Shown here piece after piece: positions 43,401-53,289 of a DNA stretch of 64,000 nt. The stretch covers positions 62,001 to 126,000 of IMG/VR virus record IMGVR_UViG_3300017917_000952. One strand, 5' to 3'. The notes under the pieces were generated by a model that was given only the letters and a program-made list of their open reading frames with translations, searched no databases and was not told the DNA's origin. The first letter of the stretch is position 1. The number at the start of each line of letters is the position of its first letter. A program made the position numbers and the translations under genes.

Positions 43401-46400
43401 AGGAGCGCCAGCAAATACTAAACCAAACTTAGATTCAGCAAAGGGCTTATCATCATAGAAAACTGCTGCGCCAAAGTTAGCGCCAACTTGGTTATAACTT
43501 CCGCCGATTCTCCATCTTAATAAGTTCTTGTAGACACCGTCTTGATCTTTTTCATAGAAAGAAACGCCACCTGTTTGGAAGAATCCGTTCGGTAAGCCAA
43601 CAACTAATACATTAGAATTCTTTGGCTTACTAATCGACGATCCTAATTTAACATTAGGGAATAAGGAAAAATATGTCTTAGATGAATAGTTGTCAATCTT
43701 TTCATAAACTTCCCATCCTTCTGCTTCAGTATTGTCGATCCAATACTTTGAACCGTAAGGAGCTCTGTACAAAATTTCATCAGAAGGTAATGCATCAAAC
43801 GAACTAGTTCTTACACTCTTAAACACATATAATTGTCCAGGAGTCGGTAACGGTGCGTTTTCAATAGACGCTAGCTCACTAGCAACAGTGAATTGTTTAG
43901 AATTGTTTATTGCAGTAACTTTATAGATACCGTTAACTTGATCATTTAGTTGGTTGATACCGATTAGTTGTCCAACTGATAGACCGTGTGGGAATTTAGT
44001 AGTAAATGTAATAGCAGACAGTGGAGAGCTTACAAATACTCCGACTACTTCTGCCGGAACATATGAATACTTGTAGACGTCCCAATCACCGTCTGGTTTA
44101 AATCCTAACCAAATTGTATCACCGTCTTTCAACTGACCCGAGTTCGCAATATCAAGTAGACTATTTTCATTGTATGCTGTTGCAGTAACATCGCCTAACC
44201 TGACATAACCGGAATGTTGTAAAAGAAGTGCGTCAGTAGATGTGGTAGATTTAAATGTACTACCTGGAATATAATTTTCAGGCGATACTGTTAAATCCGC
44301 AGGAGTGACATAGTGAACTAAGTCTTTTGAATTCTGCGGTGGGACTTGATCTACAAAACTAAAAATTTGAGGATTTTCTAAGAAGGTTCCTTCAACTAGA
44401 GGTGTCTCTAATTCGTCGTATGTTCTAAATGAACCAAAGTTACCTACCCTAAACGCCCATTCTTCTTTATAGTCAAGCGCACCTTTGTTAGTTAACTCAC
44501 TAACCTTTGCAAGTTTGTTAACTGCGTTCTTTGTTCCTTTTTCTCTTATAAATCCTTGATAGAATTTATATTGAGCAATAGGATCGGGGAATATATTGTT
44601 TAGATATACTCTAGGTGTGTAACCGATTAAATGTTGGGCCAACGTTTGTTGGTCTTCATCAAAGTTGTCACTATCTAAACTATAAAAATCCTCAAATTGA
44701 CTAATCTTATAATCAAAGTTAGGTAGTAATGCAGGAACTGGCTTCTCTCTTAGCGCATCCCATTTAGAAAATTCAAATGTCTGAGAGCGTTCTACATTTT
44801 GATTTGCAGAATAATATTTTCCATTAAATCTAACAGTATCGCCAATAGTGTACGGAGTATTAGGTGCCCAGTCACTGCTCTCTGCTTTATCGTAGACAAA
44901 GCCGGGGCTAGTTAGGCCGCCATCCCAGTTTGCTGTTTTGAATCCGACTAACTTAACTCGACGCTGTCTATTGCCGGTCTCGATATCGTAGATAACGTCA
45001 TTAAAGATTGTCGAGTTATCAAAAATAATTGCATGTTCTTTTTGTACTAGATTCAATCTTGCAAAATAAATGCCGTCTGTATTTGGCGCTGTTTCAATAA
45101 AACAGGTTCCGTCTACTCTAGATACAGATAGATCGCTCTTTGGATAGGCCGTACCGTCAGCGCCTAAAATGCTGTATTCATAGAAACTATCAAACAGGTT
45201 ATTCACAACAGTCTGATTAGATACATGTGTTAGACTGTCTGCAAACGGACTCAATGTAATAATGCTGCCAACATCCCAATTTTGTGTTGACCAGAATAAG
45301 AACTCTTCGGCTGTTAGGTTCCAGTCAAGAGTCTTATTAAGTTCTTCGCTGAATGTATCGAACTTAAACCCTTGGCTTTCTAGCCAACGGCCGTAGCCAA
45401 TGATGATGTCGTATACTTCCTGGATGTTAGTACAGAAAACGCCGTACGGAACTCGAGTGATAGTCTGCTCAAAAGTAGAAGCAACTTGAACTGCTGCGCC
45501 GCCCTTTGTAGGAAGTTGACCCACCCTTTGGAAGTATTCTTGATTAAATGTACCAGTGGCACGATGTGCTACAATAGTTCTGTAATAGGCGCCGTTGTGC
45601 TGAACATATTGACCTTTCTGGTAGAAAGATCCAGTAGGTGCAGGCGATGCACTAGTTGTATCAGCAGCCGATAATCCTGTGCCGCCGCCTGTACCAGAAG
45701 GTTGCCATACTACATATTTTTCAGAGACGCCGCCAACATTAATAGATGGAGTTCCTAGATTACGAATCGGTTTGAATACGTTGAAGAATGCATCTTGCTT
45801 GTCGTATCCTCTTATAGAATATCCGCCAACAACCTTTTGAACAATCATGCCCGAAATAGCAAGGCTAATTAAAGGATTACTGGTATTGAACCATAGTTTG
45901 TAGTTTTGTGCAGGTAGTATTGACCCAGGAGCAGAGCTTGTAGGATCATACGCATCAACTACTATTCTTAAAGTGTCTTGGTCTGCGTATCCGTTAAGTT
46001 TGCAGAAGAGTCTGTAGGTCGCATAACTTAGATCTTGTCTTAGTTTTTCAATATAATTTTTATCGCGAGCCTTACCAATCTCAGAAATGAATGCGCTGAA
46101 GCCGCTGGTCAACGTATTGTTTTCTCCGTAGATTGCAAGATCTTTTAAAGTAAAGAAATAGTTGTTATTGGTGTAGACCCATTGCCCAGAAATATTCTTT
46201 TCTACTCTACTAACATCATAGAAGTGTGTCAAATATTCAGTAGGCTTTGTCAGCGCCAGTAATCGTTGAACTGCAAAAGGATAATAACTACTTCTTCTCC
46301 AAGCGTGTTCTGCTGGGCCCAAGTCGCCGACTGTCCAAGATTTCTTCTTATTAGATTCTGCAACATCTGGTATAATCGTTGTAGGGACTACAAGATTTCC

Positions 46401-49352
46401 TAATTCATCAACTGGCAGAATACCCAATAAGCCGGGGCGAGTATACAGAGTGTTTACTACTCCGTTGATTCGTCCAGCCTCAATGTCGTCCCATAGAATT
46501 AAGTTACCGCTTGTGTATGGAGCAGGGCCGTAAGCATTTTCCCACCAGATAGGCTTTTGAGACAGGCCTAACATTTCCCAAGGATGGATATGCGGACGGT
46601 CTGTTCCATATAACCAGAATAGTAAGGCTTTGTACGATCCGGAAAACTCCTGATCTAATTCAGCGATATAGGTTTCGCTAAAGTTCCAAGTCTTAGAATT
46701 AGAAGGATCAAATGTGCTGTTAGAGACATAGTCAATGCCAAACCTAGTTGCCCATCTTACAAAGTCACCTTCGAGTATCTGCGACACTTCTTCTTTAGAA
46801 TAGTCAGTATCTCTAAATGCTCCCGGCATTAAAGAATTAATGTCAAGCAATTCAGAATTGTAAGTCGACTTTATGTTGTTATAAATTCTTTTCTCAAATT
46901 CTAAAATAATTGCATCTCTGTAATCGCCATAGGCGATTGTGATACTTCCGTCGTGTCCTTGAATTACCTGTTGAGGTGTTGTGTAACTTGTATCTTCAAA
47001 GATAGATGGAGCAAACTTTGGATAAAGACCTAACTTACTTGGTGTTAATGGAATATAACTAGCAGTAGTGTCTTTGTAATCGTTAATAACGATAACGTCA
47101 CCGACTTCTAATTCAGAATGAATGTCTACTGTAGTAGTATCAGTGTTGAATGTATAATCAACTCCGTGAACTAATTGTTCGCCGTTTCTATAAACATATA
47201 CTGCTCGTAGACTTAACTTGTCAAGGTTAAAATCTTCTTGTAGTGGGAATGACGGGTTATTAATTGTTAGATTGTTAACGGTCCAAGAACGTGTAACTTC
47301 GGGTACGCCGAAGCCGACCATATCAGATAGATAGTAGTCGTTTTCATAAACTTTACTTTCATTTAGTGCGGTAAGAACAGCATCAACAGCCTCAACTGGT
47401 GTTAGTTGTTCAGTTACGGAAAGTAATTTATTTAAAAATGCTAACTTAAAGTTTCCGTAGTTTTCTGCAGACTTCTGAAGTGCATTAATTACATCGTGCT
47501 CCTTTTGTCCTAAGAACATCTGTGCAAAGGCAATAGGATTGTCACTAGAAATTAATCTAGTTCCAAGGTGTGTTACATCAGGAAGGTCTCTTAATTCTAA
47601 TCCAGGAACAGTTACAATTCGTTCAACCATCGATGTTACATGTTGTCCTAACTCACTAATTGTAAATTGAGAAATGTTTCCGTTCAACGGATTGTTGGTT
47701 AAACTTAGCGGCTCTTCGTAATAACTTAAAATACCAGTAGCAGGAGAAGATAATAACGGAATAGGATATTCCTCTCCGTCAGTCCATGCGTTTTTAAATT
47801 CGGTTCCTATTCTAATATAAGTAGCATTGGTTGAAATTTCTTTTGTTGGTTCACCCAATTGGCTTATTACGAGTGTTTCAGAACATAGATTGTTATCAAA
47901 CAGAATGCTACCAATAGTATTAACATTTCTGTAGGCTAAAGAAAATCCTAGGTAAGGATCTACTGGGTTATTGCCAGTAGCATAACTAAAAATCTTGTTA
48001 CCTGTAAAGTCGCTTAGATAGAAATTCTTGTCGGAATAACTATTTCCTTCTTGGTCAAAAAGATCAAACAAAGGTGCTTGGTTTAGTGTTTCTTTCTGCT
48101 GTGCAAATACCCAAACTTCACCGTTATACCACCATTCAGTGGCATTGTTTTCTTCGCCTAGCATAATTGTTATAGAATCTTCTAGGCTAGGTTCATAGGT
48201 CTGTTGTAGTGTAAGTGTAGGAACCCCCTGCTGAATAATGTAGACAACTTCGTAGACTTTACCACGAATGCCTGGTAATTCGGCGGCATTAAAAATAACA
48301 CGATGGCCGTTTTCTAATAGGACGCCGTCGATATAAACTGGGGTTGTAGAACCTTCGACAGTACTAAAAGGATCTGTGTTTACGTTGTCTACAAGATCAA
48401 CAGGCAAAATACCCTTCGAACCAAAATTGAATAATTTAATGTCCGGTTTGAATTCAATAATAGGTCGTTGTGCTCTGCCAGTAGCAAGATCCGGAGTAAC
48501 TCCGTTGATCATAGCACTTAGTTTTATAACATCTTTATGAACCCAACGATTGTATCTGCTCCATGGGTTTAAGTCAGAGCTTGCTCTGTTAATAGTAACA
48601 TATTCTACTTTTAAGTTAGGTAGTTCACGATCATTGTCATAAGGAATATCGTCAAACTTGTTAGAATCAAATCCGTCAGGATAAGGAGATAGGAAACTTT
48701 CAGAAACAATTAAACTATCGTAAGGAACTAATTTAATAGATGTGCCTACTCCTTCAACAAAGAAATACTTGTTATGATATTTTTGAGGAATTTCTAATCC
48801 GCCAAATGATATCAACATGCCGTTAGACAAGTTAATAGTTTCAGTTTCTCCAGTTGATGTTAAAACTTCAATGGTAGCAGTTGCCTTACCTACGATTTCA
48901 TAATCAATATCTAGGTTAGAAGTAGGTACTTCTAACACTTCTGGGCCGAACGGCATCCAGAAATAATTTTGATAGTTTACAAGTTTATCCCAATCTACAT
49001 GAGGATTGTAAGAATAGTATTTTGTTCTTAGCAGTCTGTCAAGGTTGTTTGTGAACCCGCCCTTGATAGCAACTTCATTCACAAAATCATCGTATCCTTG
49101 TGTATCAACTACATTACCTAACTTGTCTTGGATAATTAGCGCAGGGTCGAGTTGATAAGGATTACCATTAGAAATATAGACATCCGTGGCTTTATAAGTA
49201 GGTGTTCGTTCGCTACCTACATAACCGTCAATACTTTCTAACTGAGGTTTTTGTATTAGTTGGTCAATAGTACTGCTAAGAAATTTTGTATTCTTAACAG
49301 TTTTAAAATACTCAGGTAAAAAATTAACCGAACTAACTTTTTTATTTGCCAT
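37491..49352 (-). CDS. Giant (3,953 aa) virion/baseplate structural protein with beta-propeller (FG-GAP-like) and CBM-like segments
   Basis: Uninterrupted ORF in baseplate block; NFGAAV/KFGTSV/GAVYVY repeats; WAPNTPYTIGDTVRFNGKYY. Confidence 0.75.
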   Translation of the reverse strand: MANKKVSSVNFLPEYFKTVKNTKFLSSTIDQLIQKPQLESIDGYVGSERTPTYKATDVYISNGNPYQLDPALIIQDKLGNVVDTQGYDDFVNEVAIKGGFTNNLDRLLRTKYYSYNPHVDWDKLVNYQNYFWMPFGPEVLEVPTSNLDIDYEIVGKATATIEVLTSTGETETINLSNGMLISFGGLEIPQKYHNKYFFVEGVGTSIKLVPYDSLIVSESFLSPYPDGFDSNKFDDIPYDNDRELPNLKVEYVTINRASSDLNPWSRYNRWVHKDVIKLSAMINGVTPDLATGRAQRPIIEFKPDIKLFNFGSKGILPVDLVDNVNTDPFSTVEGSTTPVYIDGVLLENGHRVIFNAAELPGIRGKVYEVVYIIQQGVPTLTLQQTYEPSLEDSITIMLGEENNATEWWYNGEVWVFAQQKETLNQAPLFDLFDQEGNSYSDKNFYLSDFTGNKIFSYATGNNPVDPYLGFSLAYRNVNTIGSILFDNNLCSETLVISQLGEPTKEISTNATYIRIGTEFKNAWTDGEEYPIPLLSSPATGILSYYEEPLSLTNNPLNGNISQFTISELGQHVTSMVERIVTVPGLELRDLPDVTHLGTRLISSDNPIAFAQMFLGQKEHDVINALQKSAENYGNFKLAFLNKLLSVTEQLTPVEAVDAVLTALNESKVYENDYYLSDMVGFGVPEVTRSWTVNNLTINNPSFPLQEDFNLDKLSLRAVYVYRNGEQLVHGVDYTFNTDTTTVDIHSELEVGDVIVINDYKDTTASYIPLTPSKLGLYPKFAPSIFEDTSYTTPQQVIQGHDGSITIAYGDYRDAIILEFEKRIYNNIKSTYNSELLDINSLMPGAFRDTDYSKEEVSQILEGDFVRWATRFGIDYVSNSTFDPSNSKTWNFSETYIAELDQEFSGSYKALLFWLYGTDRPHIHPWEMLGLSQKPIWWENAYGPAPYTSGNLILWDDIEAGRINGVVNTLYTRPGLLGILPVDELGNLVVPTTIIPDVAESNKKKSWTVGDLGPAEHAWRRSSYYPFAVQRLLALTKPTEYLTHFYDVSRVEKNISGQWVYTNNNYFFTLKDLAIYGENNTLTSGFSAFISEIGKARDKNYIEKLRQDLSYATYRLFCKLNGYADQDTLRIVVDAYDPTSSAPGSILPAQNYKLWFNTSNPLISLAISGMIVQKVVGGYSIRGYDKQDAFFNVFKPIRNLGTPSINVGGVSEKYVVWQPSGTGGGTGLSAADTTSASPAPTGSFYQKGQYVQHNGAYYRTIVAHRATGTFNQEYFQRVGQLPTKGGAAVQVASTFEQTITRVPYGVFCTNIQEVYDIIIGYGRWLESQGFKFDTFSEELNKTLDWNLTAEEFLFWSTQNWDVGSIITLSPFADSLTHVSNQTVVNNLFDSFYEYSILGADGTAYPKSDLSVSRVDGTCFIETAPNTDGIYFARLNLVQKEHAIIFDNSTIFNDVIYDIETGNRQRRVKLVGFKTANWDGGLTSPGFVYDKAESSDWAPNTPYTIGDTVRFNGKYYSANQNVERSQTFEFSKWDALREKPVPALLPNFDYKISQFEDFYSLDSDNFDEDQQTLAQHLIGYTPRVYLNNIFPDPIAQYKFYQGFIREKGTKNAVNKLAKVSELTNKGALDYKEEWAFRVGNFGSFRTYDELETPLVEGTFLENPQIFSFVDQVPPQNSKDLVHYVTPADLTVSPENYIPGSTFKSTTSTDALLLQHSGYVRLGDVTATAYNENSLLDIANSGQLKDGDTIWLGFKPDGDWDVYKYSYVPAEVVGVFVSSPLSAITFTTKFPHGLSVGQLIGINQLNDQVNGIYKVTAINNSKQFTVASELASIENAPLPTPGQLYVFKSVRTSSFDALPSDEILYRAPYGSKYWIDNTEAEGWEVYEKIDNYSSKTYFSLFPNVKLGSSISKPKNSNVLVVGLPNGFFQTGGVSFYEKDQDGVYKNLLRWRIGGSYNQVGANFGAAVFYDDKPFAESKFGLVFAGAPNVGVVKVSSINSQYLIEGVSTFITNPDIGTVTNFGKHLFVERNATNKLTLIGADTAVYAYEVKENAGNIATAFKIKVTSANTITGISGSDDASVIAIGAGNVVEIYNKSLVKTQTLRLENTSVKVSADGNYILVSNSQIENENGSFGKVIVYRNLNGSFVMDQIVENPVPGSVLKFGTSVDIDTDNKTVVISATGINSTLATTFDKGLFTLDGGITTIKSTEAGTGAVYVYFRKTSRFVFTQELLNTFVARNPGNNFGKVALIDGPSIFVGVPCEDNVSLKPGFIEFKKKDETVNSLKQIVKQDTFVDISTINRIALIDTEKDQVINYLDIFDPLKGRIPGIAEQELSYKLMSDPAIYSIGVQGVNVDTNKNWLDEHVGELWWDLSTAKYQWYEQGELEYRKNNWGKLFPGATIDVYEWVSTPLLPSEWAIEADTAAGLAKGISGQPRFVDNSVISVKQVYDPVTNSFTNIYYYWVKNKTVKPNTKNRRLSSYDIATVIADPKAYGLSFAAIIDSHAVMLSNLGNLPVDSKISINIAQNNSTEVVQTPRHTQWYILEEGSSTKMPPAQLEKKMIDSLLGRDKLGNLVPDPSLSLRTRYGIGVRPQQTMFADRFSALRNIIEFANEVLISQPVNGYYSFKNLNAQEEIPSQFENTYDFLVEDNTTLESIDTTGFERAILNCSINNNGEVDNIVIANPGFGYGKLNPVYNSTGTVIGYEGPTFTVDDAKYITTFDSNATTFDGNRTRFITRDEPNTFAEGLKITTRVDETGSIVQATIVNAGKRFGANFRLIARPQTVIVQSDDTYNGKWTRYEWDYVLGIWNRAKTQSFNTSLYWDYVDYASSEYNQFQIYSSVVGSPYELEGLELQQDQYVKVNNGGDGNFIVLKKTAPGVYGTYGDGYDLVYKQNGTIQFKDSLWRIKDNPLNWDFKNTWDQTLWDQRPDIELEYIFAALKNDLFIYELKSNWNLMFFKAVKYAMSEQKILDWAFKTSFISLTHTLGELDQPPVYKMQDSSYYEDYVKEVKPYHTQIRNFITKYTVTEIEQQPVTPVPTPLFNSFSVDSGVMSYSNSDVSELDRTASIELKFDRTSFNNQVGDFEVLDTFVTDGIERTFDLSWVPAFDKTGIVVKVNGIIALGSEWNVEYTERIYNGFHKKFATLNFFDQEPMPAGNVVTVKYRKNANVLNGTERVLAYYTSTYGVVGLDLNALVEGIEFPGLTVGGAYEGPGFSNPYGGLTPDTYLSGGTWLNGEKNTALGLNPEDIIITGEVGFINTFSGHAPSEMLPGFIIDALGVNVYTVGPSLSPTIINGNFEVSTSSAVQAYSLPMLPASNDSISVILNNNILQYTTSTLELFEYEFGIDWINSKLLIPPQTESGLLEYSLIGVGGGSADVGAIDHVVNVVNSCTSATIQSEILAGVVQDVYVTVNGEYTDNISLDVSAGASGYALVTVTDLDENQFNTIQVWFFTEPSSNFNKIVEQISTTSTFTLNAVGVHIVELLQGGRTERLIDGQYTIIGTTVTINPGILNVGDAVRVITFVDNTGSLGVTEEEFTGNPDRRFVMTQPVSNVNYMWVSIIGPDGTTKTLTNGQDFIILEDNLTIQISDEWTINTTDTIEVISFTDPMYSGNVLGYRMFKDILGNTTFTRISEEHSTYLTQPLLPTDTEIHVNDASVLTAPIVDENKPGVILINYERIEFYQMNGNTLGQLTRGTLGTGINPALDAGVKVIDQGYEQEFETSERTDIQLNYTDGSVFYEIKKFDHDVSIPNTTATVSSQGIVLDESISLNDQVEVYLGGHQLRKALQFSHDTSVMLDQVSIDSIKGTVEQISDLNSINASKGDSYIDNSSGKVWTFTRTRTDNLTVPGWVYSGLTRLVPDYSIVIDGSIQKIYLNIEVEDNIELTIVKKFSRSDDFNTVVGTGTTLSLWDSTTAISNFLKESKTVLPVELYANNEEVLLDERARPLTDENGVTLTGNT

Positions 49353-49355
49353 AAC

Positions 49356-52300
49356 TTATCCAGCGTTAATCAATGTTGTATTCAACTGTGTTGCAGTAAT
49401 AGCATCTATCACTGCGATGTCTGATGCTCTAGCACCACTAATAAAAATCTCGTTGCTTTGACATGCAACTTCATATAGACTACCAAAATTATTAATTGTA
49501 GGAACAATTACAAAGTTAGTTATGTCTGGAGTTAAGAGGTTCATGATATAAGTTGATAATTCACTGAAGTGAAAACTCTTACCAAAGTCCCAATTCTCTA
49601 ACGAGAAGAAATTATTAATTCCGCTTAGGATATTTGATATAATCTCATTATCACTTAATGTACTCGACGGACTCTTTACTGCTTTAAATTTTGCCTGTAG
49701 GTTAATATTTGCTGCTTCACCGAACAGAACTTTATACTTGACTGGTTGATAGATCAGCTCGTCGCTGATTGTTTTAATAGGTTCTAACACTTCAGCATAA
49801 TTGCTTTCTAGTGTGTAACTAGAAGGAGGTAGTGGCTCAGATCCTGATCCAGTTAGTAACCAATTTCTAAACTCAGTATCATATTCTTTGGTTAGCATGT
49901 AAACATCAACAAGATTACTCTTGCTAGGATCTATTCTAAATTCTTCGCCACTATTATGTTGATAGTGGAAACTAATTTCACTTCGGCCTTGATAAGCAAT
50001 GTACTCACTTTCGAATACAAACTCGTTAAACTTATTCACAGACTTAACAGTATCAGTATCAACAAAATAATATAGATACTCCGAATCTAACTCGTTGTTA
50101 AAATATTGTCTTGCAGCGTTCTCAGTTCCAAAAACCAAATAAGTCATAGGATCTACTAAATTAAAATCCATACCATCGGGTGTGAACTTGAACAATACAT
50201 ATCCGTCACTAGTTCCGTTAGTATAAGATCCAACAACATCATTAAAGATATCTGGATTAATAATTTGACCGATTCTGCCGCTGTCTTGATGATTATAGAA
50301 ACTAACTTCAACTCTTGCAGGATTAATATATCCGTCTACCTCAACAATGGGTCCGTCGATTTGCCAAACATGATCAACTCCTAAAGGAGAATTTGTTCCG
50401 GTCTTTTCATTGATAGACAATACTGTAATTTTATCTCTAACTACAGAATTATTAACATAATCGAAGTTTACATCATTCTTATCAGTATAGAATCCTGTTT
50501 GCTTATTGCTCTGGAAGATGTAACTTGTATTTCTGTATCGAACCTTGTATTGAGTGCCCGCCCATGTAAATGCAATTATCCAACTAGAGTCTTTATTTGT
50601 ATTTGTAATATCGGCTTCGTAGTCAAGGCTGAAAGGACTGACTAAGTCAAGGTTTGTATCTTCAATAATTTTCCAAATTCTGTCAACGGAGTCAAATCTT
50701 AGACCAAAGTTTCTTTGGCTTAGACATAATGTTACTAGATCATTTTCAAATGTATAATTTAGACTGTTGTCAAATGTAGGAATAATCTCTACAGGGATAG
50801 CACCTTGTCCGGGTCTGTTTCCTAAAATAATAGGACCTGTACCGTCACTTAAATTGCCGAGGCCGACGTTTGATCCGTCTCCGACAACTTGCATAACTGT
50901 ACTCCATACATAATCAACTGTCTTATTTGTTTTCTGAGAAACAATCTTTCCATTAGGTAAGAAATATTGATCTGCTCCTAGGTTTGTTTTAGGTGGAACA
51001 AACTTGATTAGAGCACCAGGAGTAATATATCTTAAAACTCCGCTAGTAAAATCTCCCACGCTTAGAGGAGCGTTGACATTTAATTGTCTGTTCTTAGAAT
51101 AAAAGAAGCCCCGTCCTTGACCTGTAACAATGTTCGAACTGTTCCATTCAATCGTTGGAACACTAATATTAGGATTTAAGGTAATAGGAGCAAGAGTTCT
51201 ATACTTGTCATGATAGAATGTTAGTAAAGAATTTGAACCTATAACAGAAGACAGTGTTGTTCTAAACACTGAAAAGATTTCATTTCTAGAGTTAAAAGAG
51301 AATACAAAATTCTTTTCGTTCTCATCTTTATATACAATACCGTCTGTTCCAAAGATATTAGCAGAGCTATACTTGGCGCTTACATCGCTTAGATCAAAAT
51401 ACTTGCTCACTCCGCTGACTGTTCTTGCCATGCTCTTAACTTTTAAGACCCCGCTGGTCAATGTTAGCGGTGCAATGTTATAGTCCTCGCCTGTTACCAT
51501 TCTGTTTTGTAGGTAGTAGGTTTGGGGAGCATTTTGTTGAATGCTTGTAGTAGACTCTGTACCTGCACTATTGCTAATAGTGTATTGTAAAGATAATGTT
51601 AGAGTTAATGTATGATTCTGTCCAGACTTGCTTAGGTAAGGAATTCTAACAATAATACCTGCCATCTGTTGTGGACGGATAGTATATGTTAGACCGTTGC
51701 TCTGTCTATAGAATAACTGGAAGGAGCCTTTTGGTAAGTTACCAAAATTACCGTCTGTAAAGTTAATATCAATCTGATCGTTATCTCTAGTAGTGATGCT
51801 ATAAAGATTTTTATTGTCAAAAGATACGCTGTTATAGATAACGTTATTTCCAACAACAGAAGGCACCTTAGTCCAGGGTGCATCAGGATAATTTCCGCTA
51901 GGTTCTAACTGCCATAGCCATACGTCAGTATCGTTAATGTCATTAACATTAATACCAATAATTTCATTAGGTACAGGATTAGAAATAGTAAAGTTACTTA
52001 AAGAAAGTGTTCCTTGCTTAAACATTGCAAAGAAACCAGAATTACTGCTGCCAGATCCTTGATTATCGTTTTGATAGAGAACGCTAAACGGTGCCGCTGG
52101 CTTAGGAGTTGCTTCGTAGATAAAAGATTTTCCGCTAAAGGATGCAGGTACAACTTCAAACGTCATACCTGTTCCGTTAATGTTTTTGCTAAAACTGAAT
52201 ACAGGAACGTCTTGGTTAGTGGTATTCAGTTGATATTGTTCTGTAAGAATGCCGTTTAAAGTAGCACGATCGTTTGGCTTGCCAAAGACTGTTTGACCTG

Positions 52301-52793
52301 GCATAGCAGAGTTAAGGATAGTTGTGAACTGCTCATACCATAAATTGTTTGTCGGATCACTCCATTCAACAGTGGTATTTGCAAGGTTAACTCCCGTGCT
52401 ATCACTAATGTTTTCAGTCGTGCTGATTGCTGTGATCTTTAGCAGCCCAGAAGCAGGTCTGTTACGTTTTGGTGCGTAACTGATTAATTGGGCTAGTCTT
52501 AAGACACTCTCGCGACGCTGTGCAGTTTCTAAAAAGTTTTCGCGAGCATTTAGGTCAATGCGGAAACTTAGATTTTGACCTAGAAAGGAAATTACATCAA
52601 TTAGTGCAATGAATTCACTGCTGTCGATATAGTCGTTGAAATCTTCAGGAAAGTTTTCTTGAAGATAGGAAATTAAAACACGACGAATAGTTTCGAAATC
52701 ATAACTTTGAAAGTCAGCATTTTTCAAAGACTGATAGATTTTTGTCCAGTCCTCTGTTACTAAAAGTTTTGTGTTTGTTGATGGAATAGTCAT
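49356..52793 (-). CDS. gp6: Baseplate wedge subunit (T4 gp6-like)
   Basis: DFQSYDFETIR...DYIDSSEF..LID...DLNARENFLETAQRRESV.RLA; RMVTGEDY. Confidence 0.78.
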   Translation of the reverse strand: MTIPSTNTKLLVTEDWTKIYQSLKNADFQSYDFETIRRVLISYLQENFPEDFNDYIDSSEFIALIDVISFLGQNLSFRIDLNARENFLETAQRRESVLRLAQLISYAPKRNRPASGLLKITAISTTENISDSTGVNLANTTVEWSDPTNNLWYEQFTTILNSAMPGQTVFGKPNDRATLNGILTEQYQLNTTNQDVPVFSFSKNINGTGMTFEVVPASFSGKSFIYEATPKPAAPFSVLYQNDNQGSGSSNSGFFAMFKQGTLSLSNFTISNPVPNEIIGINVNDINDTDVWLWQLEPSGNYPDAPWTKVPSVVGNNVIYNSVSFDNKNLYSITTRDNDQIDINFTDGNFGNLPKGSFQLFYRQSNGLTYTIRPQQMAGIIVRIPYLSKSGQNHTLTLTLSLQYTISNSAGTESTTSIQQNAPQTYYLQNRMVTGEDYNIAPLTLTSGVLKVKSMARTVSGVSKYFDLSDVSAKYSSANIFGTDGIVYKDENEKNFVFSFNSRNEIFSVFRTTLSSVIGSNSLLTFYHDKYRTLAPITLNPNISVPTIEWNSSNIVTGQGRGFFYSKNRQLNVNAPLSVGDFTSGVLRYITPGALIKFVPPKTNLGADQYFLPNGKIVSQKTNKTVDYVWSTVMQVVGDGSNVGLGNLSDGTGPIILGNRPGQGAIPVEIIPTFDNSLNYTFENDLVTLCLSQRNFGLRFDSVDRIWKIIEDTNLDLVSPFSLDYEADITNTNKDSSWIIAFTWAGTQYKVRYRNTSYIFQSNKQTGFYTDKNDVNFDYVNNSVVRDKITVLSINEKTGTNSPLGVDHVWQIDGPIVEVDGYINPARVEVSFYNHQDSGRIGQIINPDIFNDVVGSYTNGTSDGYVLFKFTPDGMDFNLVDPMTYLVFGTENAARQYFNNELDSEYLYYFVDTDTVKSVNKFNEFVFESEYIAYQGRSEISFHYQHNSGEEFRIDPSKSNLVDVYMLTKEYDTEFRNWLLTGSGSEPLPPSSYTLESNYAEVLEPIKTISDELIYQPVKYKVLFGEAANINLQAKFKAVKSPSSTLSDNEIISNILSGINNFFSLENWDFGKSFHFSELSTYIMNLLTPDITNFVIVPTINNFGSLYEVACQSNEIFISGARASDIAVIDAITATQLNTTLINAG

Positions 52794-52810
52794 AATTTCT
52801 TTCTATATCG

Positions 52811-52817
52811 TATTTAT
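52811..52817 (-). promoter_or_regulatory. T4-late-like promoter motif ATAAATA
   Basis: Upstream of gp6-like gene. Confidence 0.55.
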
Positions 52818-52837
52818 TTTTCATATAAACCGAGTAC

Positions 52838-53275
52838 TTATTGAACTGTTAATCCGATGTTCTGATCAAAGCTCAACCTCATAGCACTGGTTTGATCTGT
52901 GCCTTTTAGTTTCATTGTTACTTCGACAATGTATCCTGTAGGGTACTCAGTTAGATTCATAGAGACTGGAATTGCCCTAGGATCGCTTTCACATATTCTT
53001 TTAATGTCCTGTGTTAGTGCATCGCGGATATCAGGAGTCATTGGCTCCATTAACACATCCCAAATTATTGTTCCAAAATTAGGATTCATTACACGCTCGC
53101 CGCGCCTTGTGTTAAATGTATTAATAATGTTTTGCTTGACTAGTTCAAGATCAAAAATTTTAACAGATGCGTTAGCAGGAGTTCGACTACTGTATCCTTT
53201 ATAAAACTGAACCTTCTTTGTAGAAGGCTCAGAAACCAAGGATGCATTTGTAATTTCAAGTGATTTGTATGGCAT
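52838..53275 (-). CDS. gp25: Baseplate wedge protein (gp25/GPW-like)
   Basis: DLELVKQNI...T.RGERVMNPNFGT.IW..L.EP...DPR. Confidence 0.88.
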   Translation of the reverse strand: MPYKSLEITNASLVSEPSTKKVQFYKGYSSRTPANASVKIFDLELVKQNIINTFNTRRGERVMNPNFGTIIWDVLMEPMTPDIRDALTQDIKRICESDPRAIPVSMNLTEYPTGYIVEVTMKLKGTDQTSAMRLSFDQNIGLTVQ

Positions 53276-53282
53276 AGTCTAA

Positions 53283-53289
53283 TATTTAT
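53283..53289 (-). promoter_or_regulatory. T4-late-like promoter motif ATAAATA
   Basis: Upstream of gp25-like gene. Confidence 0.55.
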
